This document shows positions 38,978 through 52,263 of a stretch of DNA of 64,000 nt, piece after piece. The translations under genes were made by a program, and so were the position numbers. Numbering within the stretch: position 1 is the stretch's first letter; the number at the start of each line of letters is the position of its first letter. The stretch comes from Octopus vulgaris. Its lineage: Eukaryota. The notes beneath the pieces were generated by a model. It did no database searches and had not been told where the DNA came from. It saw only the letters and a list, made by a program, of their open reading frames with translations. The stretch is from positions 87,048,001 through 87,112,000 of the forward strand of contig OX597824.1 of NCBI GenBank assembly GCA_951406725.2. Direction: 5' to 3'.

Positions 38978-39301
38978 GGGATTCCACACAGTTTCCATCT
39001 ACCAAATTCCTTCATGACAATTACTGGGTTTCAGGGCTCCACACAGTTTCCATCTACAAAATTCATTCATGACAATTACTGGGTTTCAGGGCTTCCACAC
39101 AGTTTCCATCTCCCAAATTCCTTCATGACAATTACTGGGTTTCAGGGCTTCCACACAGTTTCCATCTCCCAAATTCCTTCATGACAATTACTGGGTTTCA
39201 GGGCTTCCACACAGTTTCCATCTCCCAAATTCCTTCATGACAATTACTGGGTTTCAGGGCTCCACACAGTTTCCATCTACCAAATTCCCTCATGACAATT
39301 A
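38978..39301 (+). repeat. 56-bp minisatellite (about 6 units) inside a minus-strand SINE-A
   Basis: Units start at 38978, 39034, 39089, 39145, 39201 and 39257. Confidence 0.9.
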
Positions 39302-40043
39302 TTGAGGCCCAGGGCTGTTGTAGAAGATACTTGCTCAAGGTGCTGTGAAGTAGGACTGAAGCCAAAACTACAAGGTTGCAAAGCAAGCTTCTTAACCAAA
39401 CACCCACGCCTGCAGATTGTTCCTAACATCATCTCACAGCTATTTTTATTAGTTTATTTTTACTTGTACTTTTACCACACCATAGAGTAGAGTAACTGTA
39501 AAAATGCGTATTACAATTCTTTAGAATAAACCAGAGAATATTGAGAGGGCGGGTGGAGAGATTTATTTTTTTTATGGCCATGTAAGCTTTCATATTTTAA
39601 TATTTTGATTCTAATTGGGAAAAAAAAATCAATAAAATATTATGAACTAAATTACAAAGTCAATAAATTTATTTAAAGAGTAATGACGAAATTATGGTTG
39701 TATTGATAATAATGATTTTTAGACAGGTAGAAAAAGATCAAATTGAGAGAAAGAGAAGGGGGTGGATTAATAACATGTCTTTCCTAAAGATATTAACAAT
39801 CTCGTATTGATTATAACGAAAACTGTCCACTGAAAGAAACAATCTTAGCATTATTAAAGCTATTATATGGCATTCGTTAAACTACCTCTAACATATTTAA
39901 AGATTGAATTTGTAATTTTTTTTAATTATTGAGGTGGAAATGAGGAAATGATATATGATGGTTATTCTATTGTGAAATTCTGGACATGGTTCGCCGAGGA
40001 CCCAGTAGCTTATATCTTTCAAATTACTATCAATCAGTTATCA

Positions 40044-40272
40044 TTAACCCTTTCGTTACTGTATTTATTTTGAGATGCTCTGTGTTTCTTTCAATTATTT
40101 TAAATATAACAAAGAATTTAGTAAAAATAACTTAGTTATCATTCAGCTAGTGTTAGGAACATAAATTGTGACTAAGGTTTGGTGGAAGATTTTAATTCAA
40201 AACTTATGAAAACAAGACATTTGTATTCAGAGCCAAGGCCGGTTTCAGCCGGGTTCGTAACGAAAGGGTTAA
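40044..40272. mobile_element. piggyBac-type MITE P1, intact
   Basis: TTAA|CCCTTTCGTTAC...GTAACGAAAGGG|TTAA: 12-bp TIR with TTAA TSD. Confidence 0.9.
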
Positions 40273-41189
40273 AGTATGGAGAAAAGACAGACCAGTGAAA
40301 GGAAATCAAATTAGTACAGGGTGTCTAAGTCTTCAGATTGAAACATAATCTTTTTATTAATTTGAGAAAAGCCATAATGAATTAAGGAAAGATTTTAATT
40401 AAGCAACATGACTCACACACACGCAAATATTGTGTAATGCTTGATGGTTTGTTGTAGTGGTAGCTATTTCACTCGCTTATAAGAAGTGGATTATACTTCA
40501 GCGTTGTAAATCTTTTTAATATTTATCACTTTCCATTACGCTGTTATTACTGCGTTGTATTCTAAGGTGTGTGTGTCTGTGTTTTTTTCTCTCTCTTTCC
40601 TACCTGCTCTGCTCACTAACATTCTGCTGAGAACATTACCATCTGATGATTTCATTGGAATGTGGAAGAAATGACTTCTTCATTCTTCAGCAACTGAAAT
40701 TTCAGCTAACCAACACCTACCAGGATCCAGTAACAGCTGGATACATTGAAACTACAACAGTTCTACATGCAAGACAGAGATAGAACGTCTTTCAAGAGAC
40801 GCATTGAGAAAATGGGTTTAAATGTCTAGTCTGGCAACATGTGGCTGTGAAATGGAACCTCGAGACACGTGCTTCTTAAGCAATTTAAAATCTTCCCTCC
40901 TTCTGGCATAAAAGCTTATTTCCAGTGCTTTTTATCTTGTCAACTATTATCCAAAAGTGTGATTTTTCTTTACAACATAAAGCAATAACAAGACATTCAA
41001 ACCAGCCATGTCAGGCCCAGATGTTCTATCTGTTTTGTGTTCAAACTGACCCCATCATGATCCTCACAGTTACTCTGCAATGTCATTCAAAAAGTAGACA
41101 AATGAATAATTGAAATCTCAAACCTTACGAGATAACGTATGATTAATCCAAAACAACGCGAATAAATAAGCTATATCGAAATTAAATTT

Positions 41190-41730
41190 GATGACTGGCA
41201 TCCATGCTAGTGGGGCGCTAAGAGCCCCATCTGAGCGTGATGGTTGATAGAGCAGCTAACTGGCTTCTGTGCTGGTGGCACGTAAAAGGCACCATTCAAG
41301 CGTGATCACTACCAGCGTCGCCTTACTGGCACTTGTGCCCCGTGCCAGTGGGGTGCTAAGAGTACCATCCGAGCATGATCGTTGCCAGAGCGGCTAACTG
41401 GCCTCCATGCCGGTGACATGTAAAAGGCACCGTTCAAGCGTGATTGTTACCAGCATCGCCTTACTGGCACTTGTGCCGGTGATACGTGAAAAAACATTCA
41501 AGCGATGTCATTGCCAGTACCACCTGACTGGCCTCCCCGTGCTGGTGGCACGTAAAAGCACCCACTACACCCTCAAAGTGGTTGGTGTTAGGAAGGGCCT
41601 CTAACTATAGAAGCTCTGCAAGATCAAGATTGGAGCCTGGTGCAGCCATCTGGTTCGCCAGTCCTCAGTCAAATTGTCCAACCCATGCTATCATGGAAAG
41701 CGGACATTAAACGATGACGATGATGATGGT
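41190..41730 (+). mobile_element. RTE LINE 3' UTR (family C) with duplicated subrepeats
   Basis: Repeated GGTGGCACGTAAAAG blocks and a (GAT)n tail. Confidence 0.8.
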
Positions 41731-42188
41731 TAGCAATTAAAGCTTTTAAACTTTTTAGCCAGAAAGAAAGGTAGTGTCCATGACCTTTTACAGGGCCACT
41801 AAAAGCAGGTAGAATGAAGGAAGGAAGGTATCCTCGAACCAGAAGCCTAGTCTGAATGCTTGTCACAGAATGGACGCTGAGAGTGACCTATGCTCTAACA
41901 ATCTTACATTTTTAACAACTTAACCAATGTGACATTTTCATAAAATTACGAGAGAAGATTTTAATTTAAATATGAACCCTTTTAAAACATATGATTTTTT
42001 TGCATCATAAAACTAGGAGCAATCTCAGGAAGGCTTATTAAAAGGGTTAAATATCATAAATTATTATTCAATATTTGCATGTTAACCCTTTAACATTCAG
42101 ATTTCATACATTAATCCTTTGGTATTTAGATTATTGCCAAATGTAAGACTTGGTTATTCACATTATTTTGAATCAATCATACATTGTC

Positions 42189-42557
42189 ATAGGCGCAGGA
42201 GTGGCTGTGTGGTAAGTAGCTTGCTTACCAACCACATGGTTCTGGGTTCAGTCCTACTGCATGGCACCTTGGGGCAAGTGTCTTCTACTATAGCCTCGAC
42301 CTGACCAAAGACTTGTGAGTGGATTTGGTAGACGGAAACTGAAAGAAGCCCGCTGTATATATGTATATATATATGTGTGTGTGTTTGTCCCCCCCAACAT
42401 CGCTTGACAACCGATGCTGGTGTAACTTACTGGTTCGGCAAAAGGGACCGATAGAATAAGTACTAGGCTTACAAAGAATAAGTCCTGGGGTTGATTTGCT
42501 TGATTAAAAGGCAGTGCTCCAGCATGGCTACAGTCAAATGACTGAAACAAGTAAAAA
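42189..42557 (+). mobile_element. SINE family A inserted in a P2 MITE (about 42083-42712)
   Basis: Family match; the MITE ends TTAACCCTTTA... and ...CTAAAGGGTTAA flank it. Confidence 0.85.
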
Positions 42558-43328
42558 ATAGAATATCTTTAGCTTTGAGATTTTGATGATGCAATTGTTT
42601 ATTTTTAGTGACATTGTAGGGTAAGTGTGAGATGCGAGATCTGGCCAGTTTGAATGGAAAATAGATAGAATATTTGCACTGGATATGGCTTGTTTAAATG
42701 CTAAAGGGTTAAGGAAAGGAAGATAAAGAGATGAGGACATAAAAGCTTTGGCAACCCCTGCACCGTGCTCGATGCCTTTCTGAAATTCAGTATTCTTGAT
42801 TTGCTTTGAAATAACAACATACTGCTTCAAGTTGTATTTGAAATCAAGACTTACAAGCTTGTAATTCAACACCCTCGGTGAACTTGACTTGTAATGTTAC
42901 AATACAATAACTTTACTGTGGTAACACCAGATACCATACCACAAACTGTTTGGGTTTTACTACACTCAGTTTATGAGTAATTAGTCGTGTTGCTTGCGAG
43001 TAAGCAGAACACATGCATTTAATCTGTCGTTGTGAGTCCATAGTCAGTATGTAAATAGCAGGCGTCAGACGACCCATTTAGGGACAAGAATTAGTAAGAC
43101 TAATATTTCAAAGGAGAACCCCGAGATAACCTGATCAACCGTTTTTATATCACATTAGACCTTATTAGACAGAAATGAATTATTAAACACCATCTCTCTT
43201 CCTTCATTTTCTTTCCTTCTTTTTTTTTTCTAATCAGGAAATTTTAAGAAAATGCATTTATTTCATTACCATATTTCTACTGAGATACCCAGCCTTTATT
43301 TTAGTATTTTTTTTGTTTTTTGAAATAT

Positions 43329-43726
43329 TCTTTTACTCTTTTACTTGTTTCAGTCATTTGACTGTGGCCATGCTGGAGCACCGCCTTTAATCAAGCAAAT
43401 CGACCCCGGGACTTATTCTTTTGTAAGCCCAGTACTTATTCTATTGGTCTCTTTTGCCGAACCTGCTAAGTGACGGGGACGTAAATACACCAGCATCGGT
43501 TGTCAAGCAATGATAGGGGGACAAACACGCACACACAAACACACATATATATACATACATACGACAGGCTTCTTTCAGTTTCCGTCTACCAAATCCACTT
43601 ACAAGGCATTGGTCGGCCCGAGGCTATAGTAGAAGACACTTGCCCAAGGTGCCAAGCAGTGGGACCGAACCCAGAACCATGTGGTCGGTAAACAAGCTAC
43701 TTACCACACAGCCACTCCTGCGCCTA
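43329..43726 (-). mobile_element. SINE family A
   Basis: Family match. Confidence 0.9.
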
Positions 43727-44334
43727 TATATATTGAAGAATTTAGTAAAATAACTTTGTGGTTATTAAGCTGGTGTTTGGAACACAAAGTAGCATGAAAG
43801 TTTGAAGAAAATTTCTAAGTGACATCACCTTAATTCTTTTGTTACTATACTTCTGTGGAAATGGACAAACTTTGCTTCAATTAAATTTTGAAATTAATGA
43901 AGAATTTAGTAAAAAGACTTCTTCATTGTTAAGCTAGAGTTTTGAACATTAATTAATATGCGATTTTTAAGGAAGATTCTTATTTAGATAAATTCAAAGC
44001 AGGAATTTGCATCACAAAACCAGGGCCAGTTTTAGGGTTAGGGTTGGTACCACATGACTTTAATCTTTCTGATCAATGGTCTGTTTAACTGATGCTGACC
44101 TGGGGCTAAACAAAACTACTGAATTAAAAACTAATTTTTTTTTTATATACAATTTTGCCCCAAACAAGGCATGAGACCATTGTAGCATAAGGGGATACAA
44201 AGAAGGAAAGGAAGGGTTGGTACCACAAGGGTTAAAACAGGAAATTTGTATAATAGAACCAGGGACAATCTCAGACAAAGTTGGTATCGAAAGGGTTAAA
44301 AAACTCAAATAGTCAGAATCAAACCACAGAAATA

Positions 44335-44368
<34 letters not shown>

Positions 44369-44556
44369 TTTTGAAAATTTGAAAAGTTAACACGAATATT
44401 ATTTCTTCAAAACATGTCACTGTATGAATATTTATAACATTCTTCTGACATAATGACTCAAATATATTTTTTATCCTTTTAAAACAAGCCTTTCTGTATT
44501 TTATGTAACTTTTTACTATATATTCAACCACGTGCTTTCACAGACCAACTTTCTCA

Positions 44557-44608
<52 letters not shown>

Positions 44609-44712
44609 AACAATATAAAACATACATTTCTCAAATGACAGTCTTCTTTCAATTTCATTGTATATAATAATTAAATAATTAATTTTGCAGGCAATACTTG
44701 ATTCAGCAAAAA

Positions 44713-44749
<37 letters not shown>

Positions 44750-46130
44750 CAAGGCAGATTATAAAATCTGAAAGTGAAAGACATGTAATATGAAACACTG
44801 AAATAAGTTTTAATACTTTGGCAGAACCACAATCATGCGACACTGACACAATATACCACTGTATAAGAGAAATGTAACAGTATACAACACACTTATATGA
44901 TACTGCGTGTTATATTTATGGAGCCCAATATCTAAGGTATATACTCTGCAATTTATTATTCAGATCAGAGATGAATGAGTTGGTAGGATATTTGATGACG
45001 AGAGTCCAGCAGATGAAATTGTGCTTGTTACAAGCACAGTGTTTTGTTTGTGAGTAGGACATTTAATTCTTAAAAGGGTCCAGTCCAAAAATGAGAAAGT
45101 TTATGAAGATAAAAATGAATGGTGGGGATAAAATGCTGTGCTTAACCCTTTCGATACCAACCCATGTGAGACAACTCTTAGCTCCAGGGTACAGACTTGC
45201 TGTTTTAACCCTGTAGTATTCAGATTATTTTAATCAAATGTCAGTTTTTAATTAATCTCATAGCTTTGCATTATCTCATAGCTTTGAGATTTGGATGACA
45301 CGATTGCTTATTTTTAGAATGACATTGTAGGATAGGTGTGAGAGGCTGGATTTGGATGATTCAAACATAAAAAAGGTGGAATATTTGGGATGGATATTGC
45401 CATTTTAAATGCTAAACATTCGAAGTGATTTAAATTACAATTTCCCATTAAAATTCCGCGCTAATTTATTTTCTGACATCAGCTTAATAATGACAAAATT
45501 TATTTTACAACATTTTTCATTATTTTCAAATTGAAAGAAAAACCATTATTAAGCAAAATTAAGATCGTTTTTAACTGCTTCAATACTATTGCAATGAAAG
45601 AAGACTTAAATAGATGCAGAGGAAGGAAGCAAAGAATCCCACTAGAATGTGTGTGTGTGTGGGGGGGGGAAACAGGTATTTGGCAGTTTAAGAATTGCCA
45701 GTCCGGTCCGGTCCAATGAGCTGCGGGTAGCAGAACTCCAAAACAACAAGTGTTGTGTTGGAATGTAATTTTGAGTTCAACTCTGCTTGTGTACTTGACC
45801 AAAGTAATGGGAGAGAGAGGAGCCATCACAGCGCTCAGTCTCAGACCAGAGATGCTTATGATCGCAGTTACCACTGCCATTCAGACTCGTTATTCTTCCG
45901 ATAACCGGCTGCATGTGACAGCTGGTACGAGACTCATCGTGCGAAGACGGCATCAGCCTCAGGTAGATACTCCTTCATTCATGACAGATTCTACGTTAAT
46001 ATTAAACAGTATGTGATGCTTTAAAGCTTAAAAGAGGACCATTTGGCTTAGCAAAAGAAAAACAAGGATTACTGAAAAGAAAGATTATCTATGTCACAAT
46101 GATATAGTTAGTAATGTAAAAATTACTTAC

Positions 46131-46194
46131 CAGTGAAGGTGGCATTTGTATTAGACATTGACTGAGATTCTCCGTTTTTGATGATTTCCTCTTC
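46131..46194 (-). CDS. Candidate 64-nt exon of an unidentified host gene (EEEIIKNGESQSMSNTNATFT+G, or MSNTNATFT as a start)
   Basis: Minus strand reads tttatcttatcatgtttcgcag|GAAGAG...TTCACTG|gtaagtaa, in unique repeat-free sequence. The product is not recognised. Confidence 0.45.
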
Positions 46195-47339
46195 CTGCGA
46201 AACATGATAAGATAAACTTTCACTTACAGTTCGTTTTGTTAAGGTCGGCATAACGAATTACAGTTCAACACAAACAAAATAATTAATGCAATTATAAATC
46301 ACTATATTTTAACGAACGTATAAATATATATATATATTTTGAATTATATATATATATATGTGTGAGTGTGTGTCGGTATCTGTGTAATATCTATATTAAT
46401 CTACCGTTCAATTTCAGTTGTGTGTGTCATGAGATGCTGCTACAGACTGTGCCAACTAGAATAAAACCCTGCTACTTTTAATATTACCAGCTGTCGAAAT
46501 GACACACTATTTACAGCACATTGGTAGTAGACAAGATATAGATAAATAGCACCCCCACCCCCATCACCACCACCCCCGCCACCCTAGCCCAGCCAGCCAT
46601 TTCTGATTCAGAATAATATACAAGGCAAGTAAGTGAATTTAGTAAGGTATCAGGAATTGTTGCTGGCATGAACTGGGAATGCATTTGTAGTAGACATTAT
46701 CACACAACGGTTGCTGACAGGAATGTTATGTAGCGAAAGAGAGAGAGAGAGATTTTTACATGGGATGTGGGTTACAAAGGATAAGGTAGATAAAAAAGTT
46801 GATAAAGAATAATACGGATGAAGGATGAAACAAATGACAGATTTAATAACAAAGTTCTCTGATTATATATCAACTTAGAAGAACGAGAGACAAAGCAAAG
46901 ACATTTGTCATAATGGTTATTTTTAAATGTGGAAAAGAAAGAAAAAAAAAATGGTGGACAAGAGAAGGCACAAATCATATTTTTTTTTAAGGGGTGTCTT
47001 GTTAAATGAAGACAAAAAATAAAAATGTCCAGGTGTTTTATCAGAGGAGATTATTAGATATCGGATTATAAGTGATATCAAAAATGGGCTTAGTCAGATG
47101 ATAGATGAAAGAATAAAGCAGAAATATCAGTACACAAGAAACGGGGTTCTAAAAATCACGTGCACACACTCATATGCAAATGGGAGGAAAAGTACTCAAC
47201 CAAGTACAGTATAATTAACCCTTTCTCATTAATTTACCAGAAGTGTTTTTTTATTTTAGTTTCAGCTCAGAGCTGCAGCCATGCTGGGGCATCGCCGTTA
47301 TTTATTCACATTTTGTTTGAAATTTATCATGCATGAGCA

Positions 47340-47712
47340 AAACGCGCCCCCCCCCCATCCAATGGACGGTGCTGAGTTGTCAAGCATTTAAACCAAATTT
47401 TCTCAAAACAACTTGTCCGACCGTCCCATAGACTTCCCCTTTGAGAAACACTGATTTAACCTAAATTTGAGACACCAGCAAAAGAAGAAATAAAGATAGA
47501 CTTTTTTTCTATTCCAAAGAAAAATGATTTCCCACAGCTTTATCGATCACATTCTCACCTGGAATCGATTTTTGTAATTTTTTCAAGACTTATACACGCC
47601 CTGATACCGTCGGTATCTACATATCAAATTTGAGCGCAATTGGATGGAGGATGCCTGAGATCCTAGAAGCCTCATACACAAACAGAGACAGACAGAATGG
47701 ATTTTATATAAT
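47340..47712. mobile_element. Non-autonomous rolling-circle-type (HINE-like) element fragment
   Basis: CATATCAAATTTGAGCGCAATTGGATG...CACAAACAGAGACAGACAG...TTTTATATA layout. Confidence 0.4.
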
Positions 47713-48599
47713 AGCTTTGAGATGTTGATAATGTGATTGTTCAGTTTCCAGAATGACATTGTAAGATAGGTGTGAGAGGTCTGATCTGACTGGTTTGAAC
47801 TTAAAAGAGGTCAGATACAGCTGGTTTAAATGCTAAAGGGTTAATTTAATTCACTGAATCTGTTGGTAGTGGTGGACTCTTCTGTTATAGATGACAGATG
47901 AGGGTTGGGGATTCTGCGACTTCTTGCTGAACGACCCTGCACAGATGACTTGTTTACAGGGATCAAATAATTGTGCTTTGAATTAAGCTCACACACACAC
48001 CATCAAATCGACATCACCTGTACAGGTAAACAAGTGTGCCACACATCAGGTGTCAAAGTGATTGCAGAGCAATGTGAAATGAAGTGTTTTGCTCAAGACC
48101 ACAAAATACTCCCTTGCCCAAGAATTGAAACCATGATCTTGTAGAGAGACTTTGATAGGCAGCTACATGCTGGTTGTTGACAAGGATATTGAATAGAATA
48201 GAACAACAGGAGAAGAATAAGATAGGGTGATGGAAGTTAGTAATGAATGATGCAAGAAGGACTAAAGTGATAGATAGCAATAAAGATCAGTGATAGAAGA
48301 AAAAGAGATAATGTCAATAGAGGGAGTAAGGGCAGGAGTAACAGGAGAAAGGGAAATAAAGAGAGACAGACAGAGAGAGAGTAATGGGTAGCAGTAAAGA
48401 AGAGTAATGGGAAGAGGATTCAATATTTACACCAGATGGTCATCCTTTGCAATATAGCATGATAAGGGAAGGTAGAGCGAAGGTGGGTGTATTGAATATG
48501 GACAAATCGAAACTTCAACTTCCACCATTTTAATGTCTACTTCACCACGTTCGAATGAGTGGGCAGGTATTCTACAGAACCACAGATTGCCAGTCATCA

Positions 48600-49450
48600 T
48601 TCCTTTGTCATCTTCTCTGTGAGATATAGCTTCTAGAGCACTTCATCTTTAAGTCTCCCTTGGTTTCCTTCTACCACAGATTCTATCCACTCGAAGTGCT
48701 CAGCACTTCTATATATATAACTAACAAACACCATATGCAGAATATACCAGTGCAGTCTTTTTCTCTCTTGTATGCAACAGCTGATTCCTCTTATACCTAG
48801 TTTGTCTCTCAGAGCTCACCTGCACCCCACTGTCAATGCACACCAACATTTACATATCCAGCAGAGTAGTCTCACCTCCTTTCTTTCTAACCTTTGAAAA
48901 TCCCCTGCATTCAGGGCCCCATGACCTGCTATTATGAAGTACTGAACTTTGTATACAAGCATCATACAATCTCCCCTTTATTTATTCAGAAACTCTGTCA
49001 CCAAATGAGATTATAACTGCCTAAACTTTTCCCACTCAGTTCTTATTTTTCTATGTACCTTCTCTGCTAGTTAAGTGACTTACATAGCAAACCCTATTTA
49101 TTTCGAGGGGGACCTCTAGGCACTTCAAAAGAATCTATATCTTATGTACTCTTATTTTTGACTACACCTGTGTACCTGCCAAATACAACGTCTGTTTTTA
49201 CTATCAGTCAGGTGTATGTTTGTACGCTGGATACGCCATACAGAATTTCTATCCACTCCTTTTCTGCATATCAAGCTGGGTCATTTTTCCTGATGACAGT
49301 AGGGTCCTGTCTCTCCTTTCTACTCCTGCTTTGGCCAAATTTATTTTGAAGCCCCCCAAATTCCAGCTTTTGATACGGTAGTTCCTATAAATGGCCAGTC
49401 TTAAACGCTTCCCTTATGGCTTGAAGGCTTTTACAAACAAACAGAACTAA
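48600..49450 (-). pseudogene. Decayed RTE-clade RT region
   Basis: Broken frames give EAFKTG..EL.Y, GL.INLAK, SGK*PSLICRKGVDRNS, IRTEWEKFRQL, ALNAGDFQRLERKE.RLLCWIC and LRDKLGIRGISCCIQER. Confidence 0.7.
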
Positions 49451-49509
49451 GAACCAAACACCAATGACTTCTTCATGGAATTCTTAACTCCTCATCAACT
49501 CCCAGGCAT

Positions 49510-49910
49510 ACTCTTTTACTTGTTTCAGTCATTTGACTGTGGCCATGCTGGAGCACCGCCTTTATTCGAGCAAATCGACCCCAGGACTTATTTTTGTAAG
49601 CCTAGTACTTATTCTATTGGTCTCTTTTGCCAAACCGCTAAGTGATGGGGATGTAAACACACCAGCATTGGTTGTGAAGTGATGTTGGGGGGGACAAACC
49701 ACAGACACACAAACCCACACACACATACATATATATACATATATACAACGGGCTTCTTTCAGTTTCCGTCTACCAAATCCACTCACAAGGCTTTGGTCGG
49801 CCTGAGGCTATAGTAGAAGACACTTGCCCAAGGTGCCACGCAGTGGGACTGAACCCGGAACCATGTGGTTGGTAAGCAAGTGACTTACCACACAGCCACT
49901 CCTACGCCTA
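49510..49910 (-). mobile_element. SINE family A
   Basis: Family match. Confidence 0.9.
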
Positions 49911-51091
49911 CCAGAAAATAAATAAATAATAATGATTAAGTAGATGTGCATTTATCGACCCCTTGAATAGTGCCATCAGCCCCCAGGGGTTGATATCGAC
50001 CACTTTGGAGGCCCCTACTAAAGAGCATGGAACTCTGTAGGTCAGTGAATGAAGTGTAGAAACAGACAGGATGTTAGGTTTCTTTGCCCCAGCATGGCCA
50101 CAGCTCATGAGCTGAAACTAGATGAAAAAAAAAATACAAACAACACACACACATTCTAGATGAGGATATTAAAGAAAAACCTTTGGTGTAGGTGTGGCTA
50201 AACACAAGGTTTGGGGTTCATTCCCACTGCACAGCACCTTGGGTAAGTGTCATTTACTATAGCCCCAGATCAACCAATACCCTGTGAATAAATTTGTTAG
50301 ATGAAAACTGTGTGGAAGCCTATTGTGTGTGTGTGTGTGTGTGTGTGTGTTTCCTCTCCCAAACTGCTTGACTGGTTTGTTTACATCCTTGTAAAATAGT
50401 GGTTTGGTAAAAGATATTGATAGAATAAGTACTAAACTTTAAAAATAGGAACTGGGGTCAGTTTGTTTGACCAGGGCCCTTCAAGGGGATGGCATGGTAT
50501 TGTTGTAATACGATGACTAAAACAAAATGAAAAAAAAGAAAAAAATTTCTTTTTATGAATATTTTACTTTTAAAATTTTTTTAAATAATTTCCATCACTA
50601 ACGAATATTTTGCAGCATGTATTGTTAAATTTGTGTTTCCTGTATACACAAAGAAAAGCAATAGGGTTTCTATCATAATTTAGAGAATATATTAACAGAA
50701 ATTACTCAAGCATATTTTTATCTCAGCGATGTAAATAACACCATAGAAGAGAAAGCCCCCAGTTAAATAGAGCAAGGAAAACCTAATTATCTCTCACTCC
50801 TACCCTACCAGAATCCCCTAAATAATTTCGAGAAACACATAATCAGTTTTTAGAAGTCATTTGGTTCCATTTAAAGAAAGCCCCCCCCCCATTTTAAACA
50901 CCTCACTTCATTTCCTGCCCCCCACTGTTTATATATAGAAAGGAGGATGGGAGTGGTATTATCCAAGAATTGGTATATTTTACAGTGCTACTCCATTATA
51001 CACAGAAAAATTTAAGATAAGAATGGGTGACTATGAGGTTACAGAGAATGCTGAAGTCCTTGTTGGACATTATCTTAATCTTATACTATCA

Positions 51092-51478
51092 CTAGCAGTA
51101 TCACCCGGCGTTGCTCGAGTTTGTTTGGACCCTTTAGAATTTTTAAAAAGTAAAAATTTTGCATTATGTAGCTTGTTATTCTCTTTAAGTGAACATTTTT
51201 CTGGTTGAAATACACCGAAAAATGGCGACACAGCAGTAAAAAAATCGTTAAAAAATAGGGATTTTCATAGAAAAAAAGCACCTTTTTGATGTAAATAATT
51301 TTTGGTGTTAACATGGTCCGATTTGAATTTTATCTTCTACAGAATGAAGAGCAAGCCTTCCTCTATCATACTCTCAATTTTGGTCAACTTGCGCCGCAGG
51401 GTCTCGGAGGAGATAGTGTTAGTTGAAGGCTACCAAACCTGCCATACACAGACAACTTCAGCTTTATATATAGAGAGA
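51092..51478 (-). mobile_element. Non-autonomous Helitron-type element (second copy)
   Basis: Reverse complement of 28527-28917; on the minus strand it ends CTCGAGCAACGCCGGGTGATACTGCTAG|T. Confidence 0.8.
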
Positions 51479-52077
51479 TAATTTTACAGTATTACAAATC
51501 CTCTTCAAATATCTTTTCTTAGTCATGTTGGCATTGTAATCACGTGCTTCCAGGTTCACTCCCAATGCACTGTACTTTGGCTATTATAGAAAAGCACACC
51601 TGGTTAAAAAGAAACTCCTAAAAGATTCTTCAGGTGGCAAGTAAAGAAACACCGTTTCGACCCTGAGCTTGAGGAGACCTATTGAGTCAAGTACATCAAC
51701 ATCAAAAAAATCAAATGGAAATTGTAGTTGCAATACCTGTGCCGGTGGCACGTATAAAGCATCATCCGAACGTGGCTAAGGCCAGCGCTGCCTAGACTGG
51801 CTTCCGTGCTGGTGGCACATAAATTTTGATTCAAGGTTTAATTTAGATCACATTAAAATAGGAAGATTTTTTTCATAGAACAAGGGACAGTCTGATGCAG
51901 TTTGGCAGCAGAAGAGAGTTAAACAGGCAAAGAGATTATGTGATGTTCATGCCTTCCAATATAGTGGAAACAAGGAAACAAGGATTTCGAATTGTGTCTC
52001 AAATTCGAGTTGCCAGGAGTTTTGTCTTCTCCAGTTTACGGATATTAGTCATTGGAATAAGTAACAAAGAGTTTTTA

Positions 52078-52114
<37 letters not shown>

Positions 52115-52177
52115 CTCACACACAAAGACAAAGCACTCCCCCATTCCTAACAGATGGCCAAGGTGTATCGCAGCCAG

Positions 52178-52263
<86 letters not shown>

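Noticed and set aside
45750-46016. 88-aa plus-strand and 126-aa minus-strand ORFs in the unique island
   Set aside because: No homology recognised and no splice signals; the island is reported as possibly regulatory instead.
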